Positions 26,063 to 33,082 of a stretch of 64,000 bases of DNA are shown piece after piece. The notes under the pieces are model-generated. The model searched no databases and was not told the DNA's origin. It saw only the letters and a list, made by a program, of their open reading frames with translations. Numbering within the stretch: position 1 is the stretch's first letter; each line of letters starts with the position of its first letter. The stretch covers positions 138-64,137 of the forward strand of contig JAEUSV010000091.1 of NCBI GenBank assembly GCA_016788485.1. The letters run 5' to 3'. This stretch comes from Flavobacteriales bacterium (GTDB lineage: Bacteria; Bacteroidota; Bacteroidia; Flavobacteriales_F; PHOS-HE28). The translations under genes and the position numbers were made by a program.

Positions 26063-26150
26063 TGATCGTGTGCCGTTCGCCGCGTCGTAAGCGGTCGAAC
26101 CCGTCCCGACCGGGACAGGGCTGAGATACCAGCCGGATGAACTGCACGCA

Positions 26151-26248
26151 ACCACCGTAGCTCAAAGGATAGAGCGTCCCGCGCCACCTACTGCTGCAAC
26201 CAGGGGAGGCACTGAGGGAAGATGCAGGTTCGAGTCCTGCCGGTGGTA
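26151..26248 (+). ncRNA. 98-nt tRNA-like gene with a grossly extended anticodon arm (apex loop CTGCAAC, GCA)
   Basis: Perfect 7-bp acceptor (ACCACCG/CGGTGGT). Canonical D arm (GCTC-AAAGGATA-GAGC) and T arm (GCAGG-TTCGAGT-CCTGC). There are 47 nt between D and T arms where 21-22 are expected. Confidence 0.5.
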
Positions 26249-26493
26249 CTAGTCGCGGCCGAAGCCGGTCCCATTAGCCGTCCAACCGGGGTGGCAGCCC
26301 CGGGCTTAGGCAGAGGAGGTAGAGCTCCCAAACGCGACCCCTTATTTCAAGCGAGGCTCGGTTCCGAAGGGGGCCGGGCCTCGTCTGCAAATGTATGGTG
26401 CGAATTACTTCGATCCAAACGCCCTCCCAGTGAGGGCGCGCCACATCCAGCGCACGAGGTCGTGGATCTAGCGGAACCTGGGGTGAACGAAGC

Positions 26494-26619
26494 TCACTTG
26501 CGCTTGCTCTTCTTGGTGGCCTTCTTGACGGCCTTCTTGGGCTTCTTGACGGCCTTGGTCATGGCGACCTTTAGCACGTCCTGAAACTCGCCCTGGATCT
26601 TCAGCGTCCGGTCTTCCAT
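26494..26619 (-). CDS. transposon cargo: 41-aa Lys-rich micro-protein, absent from the ORF track
   Basis: Hand translation gives MEDRTLKIQGEFQDVLKVAMTKAVKKPKKAVKKATKKSKRK. Nearly every codon ends in G or C. It starts 28 nt downstream of the transposase stop on the same strand. Confidence 0.45.
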   Translation of the reverse strand: MEDRTLKIQGEFQDVLKVAMTKAVKKPKKAVKKATKKSKRK

Positions 26620-26647
26620 GTCGTGAAGGTATGCGACCGACCCGGCC

Positions 26648-27571
26648 TCACTGGGCCTTGCCGATCAGTTGACGGTAGGTGATGCGGCGACCTTCGGCCT
26701 GCTGAACGGCCAGCGTATGGCGGTCCTGCTGGCTGAACTCCCGCGTGTTGTACCGGAACGTGAACTCGTCGCAGTAGCGATCCAGGTGCTTGGGGCTCAC
26801 GTAGTGGTACACACCTACCATACCGCGCTTGAAGAGCGCCCAAAAGCTCTCGATCGTGTTGGTGTGGGCGGTTCCACGCACGTACTCACCACCGCTGTGG
26901 TTCACCGTTTCGTGGATGTAGGTCCGGGCCAGTCCGGTATAGCCGTTGTGCTCGTCCGTGTACACGGTGGCATCAATGGCTACGTGCTTCCGCATAATGG
27001 GCTGGATGGTGGCCTTCTTGCTGTTCAGCACCGACTTGGCGACCACCTTACCACCACGCTGAACGATGCCGAACACGGCGGTTTTGCCAGCGCCACCCTG
27101 GGCACCTTCGATGCGCTTGTTGAGGTGCTTGTTCGCCTCCTTGCCACCGACATAGGTTTCGTCGCACTCAACTTGCCCGGCCAGCATTGCGGGCGCGTTC
27201 TCCTTCAGCATTTCACGAAGGCGCGATAGCACGAACCATGCACTCTTCTGGGTGATGCCAAGATCCTTGGCGAGCTGCACGCTGCTGATGCCTTTGGGGT
27301 GGTTGCAGGCGAGGTAGATGCCAATGAACCACACGCGGAGGGGAAGCTTCGTGTTCTCGAAGATGGTGCCGGTGGTAACACTGAACTTCTTGCCGCACTC
27401 CTTGGAGCAGCACTTGTAGCGCTTGCCGCCTTCGATGCTGTAGGCACCTACGGTACCACAGAAGTGGCACGCGGCCGGGCCTTGGCCCCAGCGCAGGGTG
27501 GCAAGGTGCTTACGGCAAACCCCTTCGTCGCTGAATTGGGTGGTGAGCTGGATGATATTCTCGAAGCGCAT
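26648..27571 (-). CDS. IS1595-family (ISXO2-like) DDE transposase
   Basis: N-terminal zinc ribbon (CPHCG-like: ACHFCG...YKCCSKEC), an HTH (ISSVQLAKDLGITQKSAWF), and a DDE core (ECDETYVGG...VYTDEHNGY...HTNTIESFW). Confidence 0.9.
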   Translation of the reverse strand: MRFENIIQLTTQFSDEGVCRKHLATLRWGQGPAACHFCGTVGAYSIEGGKRYKCCSKECGKKFSVTTGTIFENTKLPLRVWFIGIYLACNHPKGISSVQLAKDLGITQKSAWFVLSRLREMLKENAPAMLAGQVECDETYVGGKEANKHLNKRIEGAQGGAGKTAVFGIVQRGGKVVAKSVLNSKKATIQPIMRKHVAIDATVYTDEHNGYTGLARTYIHETVNHSGGEYVRGTAHTNTIESFWALFKRGMVGVYHYVSPKHLDRYCDEFTFRYNTREFSQQDRHTLAVQQAEGRRITYRQLIGKAQ

Positions 27572-27592
27572 GGGGCTGTGTTATTGAACAGC

Positions 27593-27616
27593 CCAAAGGT
27601 ATATACAATGCATATA
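27593..27616 (-). promoter_or_regulatory. TIR-like promoter/operator module upstream of the transposase gene
   Basis: The minus strand reads TTGACA-N17-TACCTTTG (-33/-7 like). It overlaps the palindrome GTATATAC (27598-27605) and CATATAC (27610-27616). Confidence 0.5.
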
Positions 27617-27620
27617 CGTG

Positions 27621-27779
27621 TCAAGTGGTGGCCGAAAGCTTTTCCTCCAGGGTCCGGCGGATGAAGTCGGACAAGGTCCGTCCCTCCTTGGCCGCAGCCT
27701 TGACGAGGCGAGCCTTCAACTTGGCGTCTATGCGGATCAGGACGTTCGTGTCCTTGGGCGGGAGCGTGGTCTTTGCCAT
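27621..27779 (-). CDS. transposon cargo: 52-aa ribbon-helix-helix (CopG/Arc-like) protein
   Basis: MAKTTLPPKDTNVLIRIDAKLKARLVKAAAKEGRTLSDFIRRTLEEKL shows a beta-strand then helix-helix pattern typical of RHH regulators and antitoxins. Confidence 0.65.
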   Translation of the reverse strand: MAKTTLPPKDTNVLIRIDAKLKARLVKAAAKEGRTLSDFIRRTLEEKLSATT

Positions 27780-27787
27780 GGGGCCAA

Positions 27788-27805
27788 GATATACAACGTA
27801 TATAC
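27788..27805 (-). promoter_or_regulatory. second copy of the promoter/operator module, upstream of the RHH gene
   Basis: ATATACAACGTATATACG matches ATATACAATGCATATACG (27601-27618) at 16 of 18 positions. It contains GTATATAC at 27798-27805. Confidence 0.5.
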
Positions 27806-27860
27806 GCAGAAGCGCCCTGGTCGGGAAACCAGGGCGCTTCTGCGAGGGGGCAGGAAGCAA

Positions 27861-28043
27861 CTATGATGCTTCGCCAGAAACGCGGTAGACAAAGGACCCC
27901 ACCGCCTTGAGGCCGTCATATTCTACGCTGTCGTAGACGAATGAGCTTGCCATGTCAAGGGGCGAATCCTCAAGTGCCTCAACCGCGCTAATCATCTCAT
28001 CATCAAGGCCTAATGCTCTGAGTTGGTCAATAATCTCGGACAT
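27861..28043 (-). CDS. transposon cargo: 60-aa acidic protein, translationally coupled to the protease gene
   Basis: Its ATG shares one nt with the protease stop (TAATG at 28041-28045). The sequence is Asp/Glu-rich (MSEIIDQLRALGLDDEMISAVEALEDSPLD...). Confidence 0.55.
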   Translation of the reverse strand: MSEIIDQLRALGLDDEMISAVEALEDSPLDMASSFVYDSVEYDGLKAVGSFVYRVSGEAS

Positions 28044-29086
28044 TACTTCGTGGCCGTTTTAGGGTCGTGCAATTTAATGACGCTGTATGACTCCGAAATG
28101 AACAGTTTAGCGAAGCTGGTCCTCTCGAACAGGAAATGCATAACCGCCCACAGCCTCCGCATCGCTACGTCAAGGCCCTTAATCGACTCAGCATGAGTGA
28201 TTTTCAACTCGCACTCACTCCACAGAACATCCCTCGGAATACCCCGGCTATGGGACTTCCACTTTGAGGCTCTGGCGAGCCGCTCGGCAATCTCGCCCGC
28301 CCGCTTCCGCTTCTCATCTGGCGTTACGGGGATACCGACTTTCGTCGTTTGATGCTCTGTCCAGTTCTTGAACTTGTAGTCATGGAGGTAGTTTTCAACC
28401 ATCTCCTTTGAATAAGCGGTGGCCTGGATCGCGTTCCCGATTTCCTTGGCGTCAAGCCTATTCAAGATCTGTACGTCTGTCCAGTCTGGCTTTTCGTTCT
28501 TGAGCATCCTTGCCTTGCCCCTATCCTGAATATCCTGGATAACGGTCAAGACTCCTTGTAATGGAACGAACACGCCATCTCGATTCGGGCCCTGAGGGTC
28601 GGTTGGCCCTAAGTACGACGATGGCCCCATGATAATGTCATTACCGCTCGTGGCAAATATGGTTCCTGCGCTCATTGCGGATTGCAGGATAATGAAGGCC
28701 ACGTCATCGAACTTCGCCCGAATCTTATCAACGAACTTGGCCACTTGCTGAGCACTTCCGCCAGGGGTAACAAGGACAATATCAAGTGCCTTTCCAGTGG
28801 CGTCGACCGAGTTTAGTAGTTCGTCAAACGGAAGGTCATCGGTGTTGTCGATTGCCGTAAATGCGCCAACCTTTGCGTTGATGACGTTCGCTGCATAGCA
28901 AATGATTGGTCGCTTACGAATCGCTTGAATCTCCTTCAGGCCCAACACAATGTCATCGGGGGCTGCTATTTGTGTCAGTCCAGCCGCAACCAAGCTGGCG
29001 TATTCTTCCCCAACCTTCATTATATCATAAGGTGTTTTCCTGGTCGGTGGCGTTGGGGGGGGCGGTGGAGGAGGTGTGGTTGCCAT
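28043..29086 (-). CDS. transposon cargo: SDH-family Clp/crotonase-fold serine protease (serine dehydrogenase proteinase-like)
   Basis: LDIVLVTPGGSAQQVAKFVDKIRAKFDDVAFIILQSAMSAGTIFATSGNDIIMGPSSYLGPTDPQ matches the characteristic core of this family. The N-terminus has a PPPPPPPTPP run. The alternative start is 29113. Confidence 0.75.
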   Translation of the reverse strand: MATTPPPPPPPTPPTRKTPYDIMKVGEEYASLVAAGLTQIAAPDDIVLGLKEIQAIRKRPIICYAANVINAKVGAFTAIDNTDDLPFDELLNSVDATGKALDIVLVTPGGSAQQVAKFVDKIRAKFDDVAFIILQSAMSAGTIFATSGNDIIMGPSSYLGPTDPQGPNRDGVFVPLQGVLTVIQDIQDRGKARMLKNEKPDWTDVQILNRLDAKEIGNAIQATAYSKEMVENYLHDYKFKNWTEHQTTKVGIPVTPDEKRKRAGEIAERLARASKWKSHSRGIPRDVLWSECELKITHAESIKGLDVAMRRLWAVMHFLFERTSFAKLFISESYSVIKLHDPKTATK

Positions 29087-29149
29087 GTTTCTAATACATA
29101 GACCCCTAAGCAAGGAAATGTTTTTGAAACCCTACCGCATCACCCAAGT

Positions 29150-29157
29150 GTATATAC
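29150..29157 (-). promoter_or_regulatory. third GTATATAC module, upstream of the protease gene
   Basis: CCCAAGTGTATATAC parallels CCCAAAGGTATATAC (27591) and the TIR sequence CCCAACTGGTATATAG (29325). Confidence 0.45.
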
Positions 29158-29317
29158 ATTACCTTCGACACGTTCTTTCACATCGCGGGCACCGGGTCAG
29201 TAGGCCGGTGACGAAGCAGGGGGCGGGCGCATGAACCATCCCCAGGGAGCCTAGCTAAGGCACCAACACCCGCAGACCCGCAAATCGAGGCCGACCGGCC
29301 AGCGGGCGCACTCATAG

Positions 29318-29345
29318 GGCCTGTCCCAACTGGTATATAGTTCCC
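29318..29345 (+). repeat. right terminal inverted repeat
   Basis: GGCCTGTCCCAACTGGTATATAGTTCCC is the perfect reverse complement of 25385..25412. Confidence 0.95.
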
Positions 29346-29353
29346 GTCATTTA
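29346..29353 (+). repeat. target-site duplication, right copy (GTCATTTA)
   Basis: Identical to 25377..25384. Confidence 0.9.
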
Positions 29354-29479
29354 CAGTCGCTTACAGTTGTTTGCTGTCGTTTGTTTGGCGCCTTGGTCCT
29401 TGGCAGGGGGATCGGCTCGCGGACCCGCTGGGTGCTCGTTCCCGCTATATTTAGCGGCCCAAGTGAAGACTCCCCATAC

Positions 29480-30325
29480 ATGAGCGAAGCGAAGAAGAAG
29501 ATCATCCTGGTGCCGACCGACTTCACCAAGGTGGCCGATTGCGCCATGAACCATGCGATGAAGCTGGCCGAGCGCAGTGAAGCGGACGTGGTGCTGCTCC
29601 ATATCGTGGACAAGGCCAATGATGTGGACGAGGCCATGACGAAACTGGAGCTGGAGGTCGGCCGCGCACGGAAGTGGAACACGACCGTGAAGGTGAGCCC
29701 GCTGGTGCGCGTGGGAAGCGTTTACGAGGACATCGGTGATGCGGCGGCCGAGATCGGCGCAGGCCTCATCATCATGGGTACCCATGGCATGCGCGGCATG
29801 CAGTTCATCACCGGAAGCCGCGCGCTCCGCGTGATCACCAACAGCTCGGTGCCCTTCATCGTGGTGCAGGAGCGCCTGATCAAGGACGAAGGCTACCGCG
29901 ACATCGTGGTGCCGATGGACCTGCACAAGGAATCCCGCCACAAGCTGACGCTGGTGGCGGACATGGCGCAGTACTTCAAGAGCCGTGTACACCTGGTGGT
30001 GCCGAAGGAGACGGATGAGTTCCTGCACCACCAGCTGGAGAACCACCTGAAGTTCGCCAACACCTACCTGAACGAGCGTGGCGTGGAGCACACCTCGGTG
30101 ATCCTGGACACCGACAGCGATGAGTTCGTCAAGGGCCTGATCCGCTACGCGGTGAAGGTGGACGCCGACCTCATCGCCATCGTGAACATGCTCCAGAACA
30201 GCATCTTCGGCGTGCTGGGCGTGCCCAACGAGCAGGAGGTGATCACCAACGAACCCATGGTGCCCGTGCTGACCATGAACCCCCTCAACAACACCGTGAG
30301 CAACATGCCGGTGTGGGGGCCCTAG
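29480..30325 (+). CDS. tandem-domain universal stress protein (UspA family)
   Basis: KKIILVPTDFT...LLHIV and GTHGMRGMQFITGS, plus a second Usp-like half. The start is the internal ATG. Confidence 0.8.
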   Translation: MSEAKKKIILVPTDFTKVADCAMNHAMKLAERSEADVVLLHIVDKANDVDEAMTKLELEVGRARKWNTTVKVSPLVRVGSVYEDIGDAAAEIGAGLIIMGTHGMRGMQFITGSRALRVITNSSVPFIVVQERLIKDEGYRDIVVPMDLHKESRHKLTLVADMAQYFKSRVHLVVPKETDEFLHHQLENHLKFANTYLNERGVEHTSVILDTDSDEFVKGLIRYAVKVDADLIAIVNMLQNSIFGVLGVPNEQEVITNEPMVPVLTMNPLNNTVSNMPVWGP

Positions 30326-30347
30326 GCGCATTCCGACGGAGAACAGG

Positions 30348-30374
30348 AAAGGCCCGCTTGAAGCGGGCCTTTTT
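30348..30374. terminator. bidirectional rho-independent terminator
   Basis: AAA-GGCCCGC-TTGAA-GCGGGCC-TTTTT lies between the convergent usp and phosphatase genes. Confidence 0.8.
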
Positions 30375-30391
30375 CATCGCATCGCAGCGGT

Positions 30392-32176
30392 CTACGCACG
30401 CATCCCGATCACCAGGATGTCGTCGACCTGTTCATGGGCGCCCTTCCATTGGTTGAGGGCTTCGAGCAGCATGATCTTCTGGCGTTCCATGGGCAGGCCA
30501 TGGATCTCCAGGAGCAGCTCGCGGAACCGCCGGTACAGGAACTTCTTGCCCTTGGGACCACCGAACTGGTCGGCGTAACCATCGGAGAAGATGTAGATCA
30601 CATCCCCTTTGCGCAGCTGTATGCGGTGGTCGGTGAAGGCGCGGCCCTGCAGTTCGAAGCCACCGATCGGCATCTTGTCGGGGGTGAACTGGACCACCTC
30701 CCCCTCGCGCACCAGGTAGAGCGGGCAGTTGGCACCTGCGTAGTCGAGCTCGAGGCTCTCGGGGTCGAGCGCGCACAGGGCCATGTCCATGCCATCGCGC
30801 ACGAACTGGTCACGGTCCTTGTGCAGCGCGTCGAACGCGATGCGGTTAAGGTCCTCGAGCACCTTCGATGGACGCACATGGTCCACCGTGCGCACGGCCT
30901 GGTTGAGCCCATTGTGGCCCACCAGGCTCATGAAGGCGCCCGGCACACCATGGCCGGTGCAATCGACCGCGGCGAACACCACCTTGCCGGCGACCCTGTC
31001 GAACCAGTAGAAATCACCGCTCACGATGTCCTTCGGACGGTAGAACACGAAGCTCTCGGGCAACAGCTCCTTGATGCGCCTCTCGGGCGGCAGGATGGAC
31101 TCCTGCAGGCGCTTCGCGTAACGGATGCTGTCCGTCACGTTCTTGTACAGCTCCACCACCTTGCGGCTCTGGCGCTCCACCTCCTCCTTCTGCCGCACCA
31201 CCTCCTCGGTGCGTTCGTTCACCTTCTGCTCCAGGATGCGCTCGCGCTCGGCCAGCTCCTGCCTCATCTTCAGCAGGGCATGCCCAAGCACGTCCTCCTC
31301 GCTGAGCGGGTCGTAAGCCGTGTTGAAGTCACCGGCCGCCACCGCGTGGCTGAAGTCGGTGGTGCGCTTGAGGCCATCGATGAGCCCCGCCAGGGCCTTG
31401 CCCATCTCTCCGATCTCGTCGTTGCGGTCGGGGATGCGGCTGCGGGGGAAGACCCCCCGGCCAAGGCTGAGCAGCACACTGCGCAGACGTCGCACGGGGC
31501 CAACGATGCCCCGGACGATCAGGAACGCCACCACCGTGCCGATCACCAGCAACGCCGTGCCCAGGTAGAGCACGAAGAACTGCAGTGAGTCGAAGCTGCG
31601 GATCATGCTCTCGCTCAACTGCTGGCGTTTGGCCTCCTGCAGCTTCAACAGCACATCCAGGTCGTTGAGCACCTTCTCCATGCGCTCATCGAGCGGACCG
31701 CCCTCTTCGGCCATGTCGCTCCGCTCGAGGTACACGAGGGGGTCGCGATAGCTCTCCAGGGAGGGCAGCATGAGCTTGATCTGGTCGTGCATGTCGAAGA
31801 GCTCCTGCATCTCGCTCGTGGTGCGGTTCAGCAGCCCCACCTCCTCCTTGCCCCAGTAGGCCGAAAGGGTGTCGATGCGGTCCATCACCGCCGGGAGCTC
31901 CTTGGTGGTCAGGTCCACCAGGGCGGTCTTCTCAGGTGCGTCGGGGATGCTCTCCACCTGGGCCCAGTGCTTGATGAGCATATGGGCGTTCACCAACACG
32001 TTGCGCAGCTCCACCAACGCATCCACGCCGGGGGAGTACACATTGTTGATCTGGTCGTTGATGCTCCTGCTGCGTTCCAGCGAACGGCTGGTGAGGAAGA
32101 CCACGAGCATGGCGAAGAAGATGAACAGGCCGAAGCCCATCCCGATCTTCCTTCCGATGGTCATCCTGAACCGCAT
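30392..32176 (-). CDS. membrane sensor with HAMP domain and PP2C/SpoIIE-type serine phosphatase domain
   Basis: It has an N-terminal TM, a periplasmic region, a second TM, and HAMP (IVGPVRRLRSVLLSLGRG...NDEIGEMGKAL). The C-terminus carries DIVSGDFYWF...AAVDCTGHGVPGAF...SDGYADQ. Confidence 0.85.
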   Translation of the reverse strand: MRFRMTIGRKIGMGFGLFIFFAMLVVFLTSRSLERSRSINDQINNVYSPGVDALVELRNVLVNAHMLIKHWAQVESIPDAPEKTALVDLTTKELPAVMDRIDTLSAYWGKEEVGLLNRTTSEMQELFDMHDQIKLMLPSLESYRDPLVYLERSDMAEEGGPLDERMEKVLNDLDVLLKLQEAKRQQLSESMIRSFDSLQFFVLYLGTALLVIGTVVAFLIVRGIVGPVRRLRSVLLSLGRGVFPRSRIPDRNDEIGEMGKALAGLIDGLKRTTDFSHAVAAGDFNTAYDPLSEEDVLGHALLKMRQELAERERILEQKVNERTEEVVRQKEEVERQSRKVVELYKNVTDSIRYAKRLQESILPPERRIKELLPESFVFYRPKDIVSGDFYWFDRVAGKVVFAAVDCTGHGVPGAFMSLVGHNGLNQAVRTVDHVRPSKVLEDLNRIAFDALHKDRDQFVRDGMDMALCALDPESLELDYAGANCPLYLVREGEVVQFTPDKMPIGGFELQGRAFTDHRIQLRKGDVIYIFSDGYADQFGGPKGKKFLYRRFRELLLEIHGLPMERQKIMLLEALNQWKGAHEQVDDILVIGMRA

Positions 32177-32182
32177 GGCCGT

Positions 32183-33082
32183 TCACTTCTCCGGCTGCGG
32201 CTCCTGCTCGAGCTGCTCGTAGAGCTGCCGGTAATGCTCGCTTTTCTTCTCGTCCTGGAGGCTGTAGTAGATGCCTTCAAGCCCCAGGAGCGTCTCCTTG
32301 CGCCCAGGGTTCATCTCGAAGGCCTTCAACATGTACGGCAGGGCGTCCATGAAGAACTCCCGGCTGGCCTCCTGGATGTGCTGCAGGCTGGGGATGTCGT
32401 TCTCCGAACTGATGCGCTGGATGTTGTAGACGCCACGGTTGTAATAGAGGGTGGCCAGGTTGTAGTTGGCCCCGTAATTGGCCGAATCGAGCTCCAGCAC
32501 CCGCTTGTAGGTCTCCACCGCCTTGTCGAAGCGGTCCAGCTTGTTCCTGTCCTGGTTGAACTGCTTGGTGTACACCGTGCCCAATGCGTTGTTGAACTCG
32601 ATGTCGCGCTCGCGCAGGTCGCGCTTGGGGTCGAGCCGCAGGATCGCCGTGCGGTACTTGCCATACAGCGTCAACGCCTTGTCATGGTCCAGTTCATTGA
32701 GGGCGCGTGCGGCATCGTTATAGAGGGTCTTGGCCAGGAAGTCGTAGGCCTGGATGCTGCTCTGGCTGAACTCCTTCGCCGTGTCCAGCTCGGTGCTCAT
32801 GTACAGGCTCGCCATCGCCTCGTCGCGCAGGGTTCCGGCATCGGGGGCGGCGGGCGCCTTCTTGTACAGGTCCTTGTACACGAACCCGCGCAGGACCCAG
32901 GCCTCCGGTGTGCTTGCATGCTCCGGGCTCTTCACCGCCTGGTCCAGCAGTGCGCGCGCGCCATCCAGGTCACCCTCCTGGTACTTCCGGTTGGCGTTCA
33001 CCAGGGCGTCCGGCTGGGCCATCGCGCCCGACCAGGCCCCGGCGAGGGCCAGCAGAAGGAAAAGGAGGCGCAGGGTTCTCAT
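32183..33082 (-). CDS. secreted TPR-like repeat protein
   Basis: Signal peptide MRTLRLLFLLLALAGAWSGAMAQ. It is helical-repeat rich (Y/A/L periodicity). The ATG overlaps the upstream stop (ATGA at 33079-33082). Confidence 0.7.
   Translation of the reverse strand: MRTLRLLFLLLALAGAWSGAMAQPDALVNANRKYQEGDLDGARALLDQAVKSPEHASTPEAWVLRGFVYKDLYKKAPAAPDAGTLRDEAMASLYMSTELDTAKEFSQSSIQAYDFLAKTLYNDAARALNELDHDKALTLYGKYRTAILRLDPKRDLRERDIEFNNALGTVYTKQFNQDRNKLDRFDKAVETYKRVLELDSANYGANYNLATLYYNRGVYNIQRISSENDIPSLQHIQEASREFFMDALPYMLKAFEMNPGRKETLLGLEGIYYSLQDEKKSEHYRQLYEQLEQEPQPEK

Larger units (their letters stand above)
25385..29345. mobile_element. 3,961-bp IS1595-family transposon carrying about 3 kb of passenger genes
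   Basis: Perfect 28-bp TIRs, an 8-bp TSD, an internal IS1595-type DDE transposase and lower G+C than the flanks. The insertion interrupts a sequence that is intact upstream of the paralogous ssb. Confidence 0.9.

Noticed and set aside
26151-26248. Alternative readings of the tRNA-like gene: tmRNA, selenocysteine tRNA, a type II long-variable-arm tRNA, or an intron-containing tRNA.
   Set aside because: A tmRNA has its halves several hundred nt apart and a different 5' end. There is no UCA loop or 8-bp acceptor as in tRNA-Sec. The extra nucleotides lie in the anticodon arm and not the variable arm, which is only 4 nt. A 26-nt insert is far too short for a bacterial group I intron.
26222-26584. 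A 120-aa plus-strand ORF inside the transposon, downstream of the tRNA-like gene.
   Set aside because: It starts inside the tRNA-like T arm and has an implausible Gly/Arg/Ala-rich sequence. Its 3' part is antisense to the better-supported Lys-rich micro-ORF.
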